A stretch of DNA of 63,234 bases, counting the filler, from Octopus bimaculoides (Eukaryota): NCBI RefSeq assembly GCF_001194135.2. It is 5 parts of 5 records of this genome, joined end to end, with 100 filler letters (N's around TTAATTAATTAA, not from the genome) between each part and the next. Parts side by side here need not be neighbours in the genome. Positions count along the whole stretch, not along the records: positions 1 to 18,917 come from NC_068985.1; positions 19,018 to 23,865 come from NC_069004.1; 3 more parts are not named here. One strand, given 5' to 3'. A model generated the notes under the pieces. The model searched no databases and was not told the DNA's origin. It saw only the letters and a program-made list of their open reading frames with translations. This document shows, piece by piece, positions 13,100 to 23,965 of this stretch (position 1 is its first letter; the number at the start of each line of letters is the position of its first letter). The translations under genes and the position numbers were made by a program.

Positions 13100-13760
13100 T
13101 TCATTGATGATTATTGATAACGTTTATGTTTCTATTATTGTTGGAGATGTCTTCGATGGCATTCATGTTTGTGTTTTTTTTTATGGTATTACTTTTGTTG
13201 GTTGTGCTGGTGATATTGCTGTTGTGATGATGTTGGTTGGTATTTTTGTTTTGTTGCGCCGTCCTTTTGGTGTTGATGTGGATATTGCGTTGATGTCCGT
13301 ATGGTGGTCGTGTCATTGTTTACAGGTTTTGGTGTTGTCGTTGTGTTGATATTTTGATTAGAGCTATGTTGGTGTTGTTATTAGTGTTGTTGTTTTTGTA
13401 TTGGTGCTTGTAGTTGGTATCTAGTGTTTCGAAAGTTAATGCTGCTGGCAATAGCATTAATATAGCTGGAGTTGTCTGTGTTGTAGTTGGTGGTCGTATT
13501 GGTGTTTTGGTTGTGTTGATGTTGGTGTTGTAGTTGCGCTGGTGATATTGGTGTTTCGAATGTTCATATCAATGACATTATTGTTGACGTAGATGGTGTT
13601 GTTTGTTGTTTGTTTTGAAATTGTTGTTAGCTAATGTCATGATGATGCTGGTTGTAATATTTGTGGTGACTGATGTTGCCGGCTTAAAAATATATAGTGA
13701 TGGTGTTGGTGGCGGTAGGTAATAATATATTAGTGGAGATGATTCAAATGATATAGATCT
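13100..13760. repeat. Degenerate (TGT/TGG)n low-complexity tract
   Basis: GT-rich triplet-periodic sequence; the V/G/D-rich ORFs are by-products. Confidence 0.85.
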
Positions 13761-14699
13761 TAATGGCTGTTGATATACAGTAAGACGTGTAGAAGATCGC
13801 TATGATGCTGATAAAACGATGATAAAACTTAATCATCGATATCATTAAAATCATGAATAAAATTTATGGAGTAAAAATAGATTTAGCGTTGAATTAACAG
13901 AAGGCTATTTTAAGATAGATTACTGTTGGCGTAAATAAATTTTTGTGAATCCAGAATGTGATTGAATATTGGAATTATACAAGCTGTATTCAACAAATTC
14001 ACGTCCGAACTGATTTAATTACAATATTTCGAATATTAGATATGGATAAGTATTCGCTCTTTTATATTAGTGTGAATATGAATACAATGTCCACAACGTT
14101 ATTGTTAAGTGGACTTAATGTTTAATATTAACCCTCTGCTATCTTCCATTGCTATTTCATGAGATTAGTCTATGTTTATGGCTTACTTCGAAATGGATCC
14201 TTGATATATGCAACGATTAATCTACGTATAAGCATTTAATTACGTATGTACGTACTTTGGATATGTGTTCGTATGCATGGATGTATCTTCCTTCTTCCAT
14301 CTCTTCACACACACATACATATATTTATATGTCTGATTTTCTGTTTATATGTGCATCATGTTTGGAAACCTATTTACATAAGCATACACGCATACTCATA
14401 CACACAAAGACATTCATATATGTACATGTATGTAATTATATACTCGAGCAACACAAAAACATACAATAAAAACGATCCATAAATATTCAAACATCTGTAG
14501 AAATGCGCATGTTAAAATAAGTATTTATGTTGTGAAGGAAAGTTGCCTGCTGATTCGGGTGTTTGGCTCACGATTATGAAGTTGTGGATATGATTCCTGG
14601 ATAATAAAGCGCATGGTTCCTTGATCTGTGGCTGACACAGATTTAGGGTATGAGAATCAACCAGAAGCAAGTGATCTAGAAAGGGCTCCGGCAAAGACA

Positions 14700-14960
14700 A
14701 AACACGGGCAGGTACCAGATCTAGATGCAGTGCCGATTGAACATGTCAAGTGTCAGGAGAGAGTACCATAACAATATACCACAACTTCTACCGCGAGATC
14801 TGGAGAGATGAAGAGTGGCCGTCAGATTGGTGTGCAGCAGTATATGTACCCACAGACAAAGGGAAATGCCTGCCTATGTATGAGAATTATCAAGAATCGC
14901 TCTGATACCACATGTAAATAAAGTATTTGATCATTGTCCTAGAACATTTGAAACTATTCG
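14700..14960 (+). mobile_element. RTE-clade LINE reverse transcriptase N-terminal fragment
   Basis: Reads REIWRDEEWPSDWCAAVYVP...KG...NY, matching the RTE IWxxxxWPxDWxxxxxVPIxKKG...NYR block. Confidence 0.7.
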
Positions 14961-15327
14961 TCGAACAAGAAATAACTAAAGAACATATTAGCTTTAGAAA
15001 CAGACATGGCAAAAGATTTTAAACTATAGCCACACATTCGAAGTAGCACTGCATCACCACCTTGTTATTTTCGCTTACCCCTTTCCTTCTCCTTACAATA
15101 TTATATACTGGTACTATCTCAGAATATCAACGGAGGTCGGTCTGTATCTGTACTGAATTATTGCCGAGCGCGAGACCTTCTCTTAAAGGTCTTTATTTAC
15201 GCTGTTATCTCTAGAGTTTCTGTAAAATGTCTCTGAAAAACTGAGGTAAGGTAAGGTCTGTGGCTATTTTCTTTTTTATCTTGACAGCCTCACCATGTTC
15301 CTGATGTTGTCTTTTCTTTTACTCTTC

Positions 15328-15544
15328 TTTTTACTTGTTTCAGTCATTTGACTGCGGCTATGCTGGAGCGCTGTCATTGGTCGAAAAATCGACCCCAGGA
15401 CCCATTCTTTGTAAGCCCAGTACTTATTCTATCGGTCACTTTTGCTGAATCGCTAATTTACGGGTACTCAAATACACCAACATCGGTATCAAGTGATGGT
15501 AGGGAGACAAACACAGACACACAGACACACAGACACAGACACAG

Positions 15545-15596
<52 letters not shown>

Positions 15597-15762
15597 TTTC
15601 AACAGTCTTCCTCCAGTTTCCATTTACCAAATTCACTCACAAGGCCTTGGTCGGCCTGCAGCTATAGTAGAAGACACTTGCCCAAGGTGTTACGCAGTGA
15701 GACTGAACCCGGAACCATGTGGTTGGGAAGCAGCTTCCTACCACACAGCGACTCCTGCGCCT
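15328..15762 (-). mobile_element. SINE family B, full length, with internal (CA)n
   Basis: On the minus strand: head GGCGCAGGAGTCGCTGTGTGGTAGG (A box), GGGTTCAGTC (B box), CORE-like CACCTTGGGCAAGTGTCTT, tail CAGCATAGCCGCAGTCAAATGACTGAAACAAGTAAAA. Confidence 0.85.
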
Positions 15763-15801
15763 ATACAGCCACTCCTGTGACTATAGACCCACTCCTGCGC
15801 C

Positions 15802-15850
<49 letters not shown>

Positions 15851-15899
15851 ATTATCGTCAGTTTCAGGCACTCATTTACCTAAATCGTTCATCCTTTCA

Positions 15900-16130
15900 T
15901 TCCATCACTCACTCACTCACTCACTCACTCACTCACTCACTCACTCACTCACTCACTCACTCACCTCACTCACTCATTTACTCACTTACTCACTCACTCA
16001 CTCACTCATTCACTTACTCACTCACTCACTCACTTATTCATTCATTCACTCAGTCGCTCATTCACTCACTCCATCATTCACTCATTCATTCCCTCATTCA
16101 CTCATCTATTCACTCATTCATGTCATCTTT
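15900..16130. repeat. (TCAC)n grading into (TCAT)n microsatellite
   Basis: Direct observation. Confidence 0.9.
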
Positions 16131-16709
16131 CCCATTCCCATTTCATCATTCCCTCACACACACAACCTGAATTATTGAATGTTACATCACATATCTGATT
16201 TTCTTAAGGACCCACGGGAAATTGTGGGTAATCAAAGGTATTGAAAAATAACTTGCCAACACACAACAACTGCTGTAATATGAAACAAATGATGCAGGAC
16301 AAAAGGAACACAATAATATATCTGGATATTTGAATAAAAGCGCTGCCACCAACACACTTTTCTACGTTGGATCTATTGTGTTTTAACTTGTTGCCAGTGA
16401 AACACACAAAATGAAAAAAATTGCTTTATACAACTTTCGAGTATACAACAATATCTCTGTTATGTTGTATATTAAAACAGTTGAAGACGTCCATCTATAT
16501 TCCCGACAATACCTAGAAATGATTTACGACTAAGAACATAACAACAACATGTGCAATGCTGCAAAATTCATATCTTCATTTATGCACCGAGGAAAAGAAA
16601 ACATTGAAATGTTTAAACTATCCCCGAAACAAACAAATCCTTCGAAAAGGTGAGGAAACCAGATATTTTGAGTTTGCAAATCATTTTAATACTTTATGAA
16701 GCATTAACC

Positions 16710-17010
16710 GGCACGCTTGAGTGCGACGACAAGGGTTCCAGTTGATCCGATCAACGGATCACCTTGCTCGTAAAACCAACGTGCAAGTGGCTGAGCACTC
16801 CACAGTGACCGCGTGCCGTTAACGTAGTTCTCAGGAAGATTAAACTTGACTTTTAGAAATACATGTACTACTCATTTTCGCTAGCTGAGTTGACTAGACC
16901 AACATGATATAAAGTGTCTTGCTCTAGGTCACAACCTGCCGCCGGATATCGAACTCCTGACCTTACGATCGTGATCCGAATACCCTGATCACTAACCCAC
17001 ACGTCTTCAC
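16710..17010 (-). mobile_element. tRNA SINE with a Meta/CORE-like central domain and the same tail as 6695-7034
   Basis: Head GGAGTTCGATATCC (B box); central GAGCAAGACACTT...GTCAACTCAGCT; tail GTTCCAGTTGATCCGATCAACGG. Confidence 0.7.
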
Positions 17011-17480
17011 TGAAGTATTAAAATGACTTGAAGTATATTGTATGGAAATAAATTATATTGAGAAGATTGGTCTTCTACTCATGACTTATTTCATAATCAC
17101 ATTGGTAGCGTAAAATTTACTGAGCAACTGCAGACGTAGAAAAGTATTTACTAACGAAATAAAGTCAGATGTCTGAACATCTGGAAATCGCTCTATATTT
17201 ATGCCTGCTTACATACACACATAAGCACACACATACACACACACATACACACGTATATATACATTCTCCTGCTTCAACTCCTGCAGACCTTTGGGGCACC
17301 CCAAAGGATATGTGTTGCAGAAAACCGGCTACACTGGTGGTCCTCCGAGAAGAAGTTGGAGCGACATGTGCAGTTATCCAACTGGACACTTTAGTCAACG
17401 TTACCCAAGCAGCAGTTCACTGTACTAAGCGCCTGGAAGCAAATGACAACTACTTTGAAGATCTCTTGTAAATGTAAAAG

Positions 17481-17590
17481 TTAAAGATAACTTGTATTAC
17501 TCCTGTGATATTTGAAAAAATTTAGTATTAAAATATTTCTGTTTTCCTTTTCTTGAAATGTGTATACATCTTTTGGCGAACTCTCTCTCT
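17481..17590. mobile_element. Isolated copy of the Tc1/mariner terminal sequence, inverted relative to 17940-18050
   Basis: About 108 bp, reverse complement of 17940-18050 with about 4 mismatches. Confidence 0.8.
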
Positions 17591-17939
17591 CTCTCTCTCT
17601 CTCTCTCNNNNNNNNNNNNNNNNNNNNNNNNNNNNNNNNNNNNNNNNNNNNNNNNNNNNNNNNNNNNNNNNNNNNNNNNNNNNNNNNNNNNNNNNNNNNN
17701 NNNNNNNNNNNNNNNNNNNNNNNNNNNNNNNNNNNNNNNNNNNNNNNNNNNNNNNNNNNNNNNNNNNNNNNNNNNNNNNNNNNNNNNNNNNNNNNNNNNN
17801 NNNNNNNNNNNNNNNNNNNNNNNNNNNNNNNNNNNNNNNNNNNNNNNNNNNNNNNNNNNNNNNNNNNNNNNNNNNNNNNNNNNNNNNNNNNNNNNNNNNN
17901 NNNNNNNNNNNNNNNNNNNNNNNNNNGAGAGAGAGAGAG

Positions 17940-18855
17940 AGGTAGAGTTCGCCAAAAGATGTATACACACTTCAAGAAAAGGAAAACAGAAATATTTTAA
18001 TACTAAATTTTTTCGAACATCACAGGAGTAATACAAGTTATCTTTAACCTTTCAGAAGCCACTCACAAGTATCGATTCTTCGATCAGAATCGTCATCGTT
18101 ACTTGCTTGTAATTATCTTGAGACGTAAATACTCATAATCTTTAGCTCTTTTAAGAATGCGCCGTATGCTTGTACTGCTTATTCCCGTATCACATACATG
18201 TTATGCACTAAACTTCTGCGTCCAGTGTGTGAAATGTCCAAACACCATAGCCAAGGAAGCAGCACTTGTTACTGTACGAGGCGTGCCGGGTTTCCCCTTC
18301 TGTACACCACACCCGGTACCATGTGTTTCGGACTTATTACGAATCTGTAAAATTGCCAGACGTAGCGGTTTTGTAGTTCTATTCCAAAATCCCCCTTCCA
18401 TTGCCTTTGAACTACAACATTCCCATATTTGAGATGCCGCTATTGAGTGGTCTCACGTTCCTTAAACGGTAACAGTACCTCTGCCATTTTGTCTCAGTTG
18501 CTTACAATAGACTCAAGAACTCATGAAAGTTTCCACTTCTTTTAATCTCAAAATAATGCACATTGACCATTTCGATCGTCAGCAATTGATCAAATGCAGC
18601 CTAAGTTTTTCAGTATCCCAACAACAAAATATGCATGTTTTTTTAAATGAAAAGTGTTTATGAAAATTTTTCACTGAATTAAAAAACAAATTTAGAAAAG
18701 CCAATACTATTGCAAAAGCCTCAAACAAAAGTTTATGGGTAACTTTTATTTATATCACTACGTCTGGATAAAATTAGTATTAAAATATTTCTAGACGTTT
18801 TCTTTCCCTTTAAGTTAGGTGTGTATGCATATCTTGGAGAGTCCGCTCTGTCTCT
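17940..18855 (-). mobile_element. Internally deleted Tc1/mariner element (DUF4817-type N-terminal HTH)
   Basis: Minus strand: VVQRQWK...FG; QIRNKSETHGTGCGVQKGKPGTPRTVTSAASLAMV; CDTGISSTSIRRILKRAK; NDDDSDRRI...CEW. Terminal sequences GAGTTCGCCAAAAGATGTATACAC and a diverged inverse at about 18765-18855. Confidence 0.75.
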
Positions 18856-18917
18856 TTTTCTTTCCCCCCTCCTCTCTTTCTCTCTTTCTCTCTCTCTCTC
18901 TTTATATATATATATAT

Positions 18918-19017
18918 NNNNNNNNNNNNNNNNNNNNNNNNNNNNNNNNNNNNNNNNNNNNTTAATTAATTAANNNNNNNNNNNNNNNNNNNNNNNNNNN
19001 NNNNNNNNNNNNNNNNN
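18918..19017. other. Artificial 100-bp gap spacer: 44 N + TTAATTAATTAA + 44 N (also at 23866-23965, 43850-43949, 57971-58070)
   Basis: Identical geometry at four places; the 12-mer gives stops in all six frames, which is an assembly convention. Confidence 0.95.
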
Positions 19018-19319
19018 TATATAAAGATTTAGATTCAAAATTGAATGTGGCACTTAAGTTTATCCTAACAATTCCAAAAAACAAGGTGATCAAAAATCAA
19101 GAAAAGCAACACGGATTTTAAAGGTACGCACGTTTCATGCTACTCCATTTATTTAAGTAATGCGAGCATCACATTAAATGCAAAATGCAGAACAATCTTC
19201 AGCTGCACAAAGATATAAAAGATTACAGCAGAAAGGACATATTATTATGTGGCAACATTTGAATTATAGTGGGAAGAAGAAAACATAAAAATTCATCTTG
19301 ACATAGCCAAAGGTAGCAT

Positions 19320-19595
19320 GCTAGTAATTAATTCTAGGTAGAATTCTAACTGTCTTAGATGTTATTTGTCTCTTATCTAGTGGTTTAAAGTTTAAGGGGG
19401 TAATCAACCTTCCACTTTTAAGGAAAGGGAAGGTGTAAGCATTATACATGGATTATTCATTATCCATGTATAATGCTTACACCTTCCCTTTCCTTAAAAG
19501 TGGAAGGTTGCTTGCCTCCTTATACTTTGAACCACTAGATAAGAGACAAATAAAATATGAGACAGTTAGAATTCTATCTAAAATTAATTACTAGC
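19320..19595. repeat. 276-bp fold-back inverted repeat
   Basis: Arms 19320-19453 and 19462-19595; inner about 45 bp perfect, outer part with scattered mismatches; 8-nt loop TATTCATT. Confidence 0.95.
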
Positions 19596-19686
19596 CTTCG
19601 TTCAGTTTACCTGTACGTCTCCACTGTCCTGTTTTTGTTCCTAACTTTGACCCTCCATAAATTCAAAATTTTATTTTTGTATTTAC

Positions 19687-19868
19687 AGGAGCAACTGTCT
19701 TCGAAGGCTTATAATGCCGTTGATTGGGGAGTAGATAGACAGCCGACAACTGATGAAAGGTCATTCTTTGTATTACTTGTCCTTTTTTCTCTCGTTATTT
19801 GTGTATTTAACTCATTTGTTTTCGTATTTCATGCTGTTTACTGTTGGTGACGTCCTCTACCCATATAT
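19687..19868. mobile_element. Partial MITE (right half) of the family at 60253-60488
   Basis: GACAGCCGACAACTGATGAA...CGTATTTCATGCTGTTTACTGTTGGTGACGTCCT matches the 60.3-60.5 kb copy. Confidence 0.75.
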
Positions 19869-20041
19869 GCATATATTTATATATAACGATGACCACTAAA
19901 GCGGACATTTAATGTGCTAGAAGAAGATCAAATGTTGTGTCTACTAAGACCTAATAGTTCTCAAAAGAAATTCAGCGAAATACCAAACCATATGCGGGCA
20001 AGACAGTGAAAATTACATAAATAAAATTAAAACATTGTTAT

Positions 20042-20103
20042 TCGTGTACTAGTTTCGGAATTAACATTCTCTTACCGAAAATATCTGTCCCTCATCAGCA
20101 CGA
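20042..20103 (-). ncRNA. Minimal type I hammerhead ribozyme, core intact
   Basis: Minus strand: UCGUG-CUGAUGA-GGGA...UUCC-GAAAC-UA-GUA-CACGA; perfect 5-bp stem I, extended stem II, palindromic ACUAGU stem III. Confidence 0.8.
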
Positions 20104-20330
20104 CTGCACAGAAATTATAATTTTCAGAATCTTATACAAGTTGTTCACCCCTAGAGGCGAACGTGTATATGGTTCTGATAATTACAACTTAATGGTAAAA
20201 ATCAAATGTCTTCGTTTTGGCGCGCTAATTTCTGGAAATATCTCTGCAGAAAAGGGTTACTGCGTCGCACATATCCAATTTCAGAACATGGTTATGGTTA
20301 ATCAAATTAAAACATAGGGTAAAAAATCAG
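20104..20330 (-). mobile_element. Penelope-like element 3' end relic (end of GIY-YIG domain) upstream of the hammerhead
   Basis: Minus-strand ...TRSPLGVNN resembles the PLE terminal TxxPxGxN motif and is followed directly by the hammerhead. Confidence 0.45.
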
Positions 20331-20424
20331 ATATTAATTAATATAGATTTGGTCATCGTTATATATAAACATATATGCATATATGTATGCATGTAAGTAT
20401 GTATGTATATATATGTAATGTACA

Positions 20425-20500
<76 letters not shown>

Positions 20501-20504
20501 TAGA

Positions 20505-20705
20505 TGTGTGTGTGTGCGTTTGCTTGTCCCCCCACCATCGCTTGACAACCGATGTCGGTGTGTTTACATACCCGTAACTTAGTGGGTCGGCAAAAGATCC
20601 TGATGGAATAAGTACTATGCTTACAAAGAATAAGTCCTGGGGTCGATTTGTTCATCTAAAGGTAGTGTTCCAGCATGGCCGCAGTCAAATGAGTGAAACA
20701 AATAA
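20505..20705 (+). mobile_element. SINE family B, 3' half
   Basis: CATCGCTTGACAACCGATG...GTTCCAGCATGGCCGCAGTCAAATGAGTGAAACAA. Confidence 0.8.
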
Positions 20706-20836
20706 ATAAATAAATATAAATATATATATACGTATATATTTTATAAATCTTTGATATATATATATTTATATATCTTTTAATTTTAATATATATGTGTATA
20801 AATATATGCACATACACACGCTCACTCACACACACA

Positions 20837-20876
<40 letters not shown>

Positions 20877-20877
20877 G

Positions 20878-20922
<45 letters not shown>

Positions 20923-21846
20923 CATATGTTCAAATATAAATATATATGTACACATACACACCTATACCCACATACATATTTATCTTTTAATTATTCGCAA
21001 ATGAATAATACAGAAGAGATTTGAAAACAAGAAAGTGAAAACACAATGGTTGACATTTTTTGTCCATGGAGGACTCAGTGAAGCATAAAGGAAATAGGCA
21101 CGAAAGATCACTATACANNNNNNNNNNNNNNNNNNNNNNNNNNNNNNNNNNNNNNNNNNNNNNNNNNNNNNNNNNNNNNNNNNNNNNNNNNNNNNNNNNN
21201 NNNNNNNNNNNNNNNNNNNNNNNNNNNNNNNNNNNNNNNNNNNNNNNNNNNNNNNNNNNNNNNNNNNNNNNNNNNNNNNNNNNNNNNNNNNNNNNNNNNN
21301 NNNNNNNNNNNNNNNNNNNNNNNNNNNNNNNNNNNNNNNNNNNNNNNNNNNNNNNNNNNNNNNNNNNNNNNNNNNNNNNNNNNNNNNNNNNNNNNNNNNN
21401 NNNNNNNNNNNNNNNNNNNNNNNNNNNNNNNNNNNNNNNNNNNNNNNNNNNNNNNNNNNNNNNNNNNNNNNNNNNNNNNNNNNNNNNNNNNNNNNNNNNN
21501 NNNNNNNNNNNNNNNNNNNNNNNNNNNNNNNNNNNNNNNNNNNNNNNNNNNNNNNNNNNNNNNNNNNNNNNNNNNNNNNNNNNNNNNNNNNNNNNNNNNN
21601 NNNNNNNNNNNNNNNNNNNNNNNNNNNNNNNNNNNNNNNNNNNNNNNNNNNNNNNNNNNNNNNNNNNNNNNNNNNNNNNNNNNNNNNNNNNNNNNNNNNN
21701 NNNNNNNNNNNNNNNNNNNNNNNNNNNNNNNNNNNNNNNNNNNNNNNNNNNNNNNNNNNNNNNNNNNNNNNNNNNNNNNNNNNNNNNNNNNNNNNNNNNN
21801 NNNNNNNNNNNNNNNNNNNNNNNNNNNNNNNNNNNNNNNNNNNNNN

Positions 21847-22190
21847 GTGGTGGTGGTGGTGGTGGTGATGGTGGTGGTGGTTGTGGTGGTTGTGGCGGCG
21901 GCGGTGGTGGTGGTGGTGGTGGTGGTGATGGGTAGTGGTGTTGATGACGGTTGTGACGACACTGATAAAGGTGATGGAGGTGGTGAAATTGATGATGTTG
22001 GTGAGGTGGTATGCGATGATAACGGTGGTGGTTCTGTTGATGGTGTTGGTGGTGATGGTCATGGTGGTTGTGGGTGTATGGTGATAATGGCGGTGTTTGT
22101 GTTCGTAATTGTAATGGTAGTGGTTGTCATGGTGGTGGTGTCGGTGTTGTAGTTGCTGTTGTAGTTGCTGTTGTCGTGGTCATGGCAGTC
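21847..22190. repeat. (GGT)n to degenerate GGT/GTT tract
   Basis: Direct observation next to a gap. Confidence 0.9.
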
Positions 22191-22559
22191 GTTGACATCA
22201 GCCATTCATCCGTTAAAACCAATTCTCAAGCGAAAGGTCAAACTCTATGACCCACTTTTTATTCCATTTTCCTGGTTCCTTTTGATTTGCCATCGTGCTT
22301 GTTGTTGTTGTTGTTGTTTCTCCTCTCGTACTCCTCCTTTCTCTCTCCACCTCCTCCTCTTTCTTTTTCACCCTTTATTCTTCCATTGACAATAAACTAC
22401 AATATACCAAAAATGAATATTAATCGATTTCATTGACTAATCTATCCTTAATTTTCTGACCCTGTGCTTATCCTACAAACTATTCTTTTCATAATAAAAC
22501 CCGACTTTGTTCTTTTCAACCATTTATCTATTACAAAGAAAGATTTTCTACCTCTTAAT

Positions 22560-22958
22560 TGTTTTCATTCCTTGGGCTGCGGCCATGTTGGGGAATCATG
22601 GTGAAGGTTTTAATCGAACAAATCAACCTCAGTACTTACTTTGTAATTCTGGGATTTATTCTATCAGTTTATTTTGCCAAGCCACTATGTTACAGAAACG
22701 TAAACAAACCAGCACCAGTTGTCAAGTGATGGTGATGGACAAACACAAACACAATGACACACACACTCTCACATGTGCATACACACATACACCCATATAC
22801 GTTGAGTTGCTGCAGTTTCTGTCTACCAAAATAACTCACAAGGAATAGGTCGGCTCGGAGCTGCAGTAGAAGACACTTGCCCATGGTGCTGCGGAGTGGG
22901 ATTGAACCCCAAACCTCTAGATTGAAAAGCAAGCTTCTTAACCAAAGAGCCATACCTG
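22560..22958 (-). mobile_element. SINE family B, near full length
   Basis: Tail GCTGCGGCCATG, central GTTGTCAAGTGATG, CORE-like AAGACACTTGCCCA, head GGGATTGAACCC. Confidence 0.8.
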
Positions 22959-23193
22959 AGTTTATGAAGGTGCCTTAAATATATGGAAATTAGCTATGAC
23001 CGATATACGTATATATGTGTATATGTTTATGTATACATGTGTAATATAAGTGTATTTGTATATGTAATATAAGTGTATTTGTATATGTACATGTGTGTGT
23101 GTGTGTATATATATATCGTTTGTAGAAAACATAAATCCGGAGAAGAGACACACTCTAAGATGTAGAGCAGTGTATATTTTAATTGGGAAGGCC

Positions 23194-23268
23194 GGTTTAT
23201 GGGATTACCCTGGGTTTCTCGTCCATAAATTGTTTAGCTTTATGGCGTATCGTCAGACCCCAAAAACC
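23194..23268 (-). ncRNA. Type I hammerhead ribozyme, core intact
   Basis: Minus strand: GGUUUUUGGGGU-CUGACGA-uacgCCAUAAA-loop-UUUAUGGacga-GAAAC-CCAG-GGUA-AUCCCAUAAACC; 12-bp stem I with one mismatch. Confidence 0.8.
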
Positions 23269-23499
23269 TGTTTTGGTGTCTTACGGTGTTGGCGATGCTG
23301 GAGATGGCATCGCCAACACGAGTAGCCCCAGTTCCAACAACAACAATATTGGCGACAGCAGCAGTAGCCACAACAGCAGCAACAACAATAGCAACAGCAA
23401 CAATAGCAAAAGCAACATGAGAGTTATATACTCCGCTACGCCATTGCAGCCACTGGAATCTACACAAAACATATACATTCGTATATGTATTTAACAATA

Positions 23500-23865
23500 T
23501 TTATTATAGAAAAAGCATGGAAGAGATACCTGGACGATTGCTTCATAATCTGGACCAAACCTCAAAGCATTGTGGAAGAATTTAACACCCTCCTGAACAA
23601 CCTACACCCATCCATCCAATTTACAAAGGAGATGAACAGTAGCAAATTACCATTTCTAGATATAATGGTAATTAAAAAGAACACTGCCATTACCACAGAT
23701 ATATATTACAAACACACAGACACACACCAATACTTGAACTTTAAATCGTGTCATCCACCCCATACAAAACGCAACATACCATACTGCCTAGCCAGGAGAA
23801 TATGTACTATTGTAGAGGATATAGAGACCAGAAATCAACGCCTGATGGAACTGAAAGAATTTCTG
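23500..23865 (+). mobile_element. Penelope-like element reverse transcriptase (RT5 to thumb), cut by a gap
   Basis: WKRYLDDCFIIW, LNNLHPSIQFT, LPFLDI, TDIYYKHTDTHQYL.F.SCHP.HTKRNIPY.LARRICTIV. Confidence 0.92.
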
Positions 23866-23965
23866 NNNNNNNNNNNNNNNNNNNNNNNNNNNNNNNNNNN
23901 NNNNNNNNNTTAATTAATTAANNNNNNNNNNNNNNNNNNNNNNNNNNNNNNNNNNNNNNNNNNNN

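Noticed and set aside
17169-17471. 100-aa ORF with a non-repetitive C-terminal half
   Set aside because: It starts through a CA/TA microsatellite, has no recognisable domain, and has no convincing splice signals.
18962-18973. TTAATTAATTAA palindrome recurring four times, superficially like a conserved site or repeat array
   Set aside because: It is always centred in exactly 44 N on each side, so it is an artificial six-frame-stop gap spacer and not biology.
19120-19202. Minus-strand ATGCT/AGCAT hairpin followed by GAAACGTGCGTA
   Set aside because: The CUGAUGA half is destroyed, so it is not called as a ribozyme; noted only as a likely relic.
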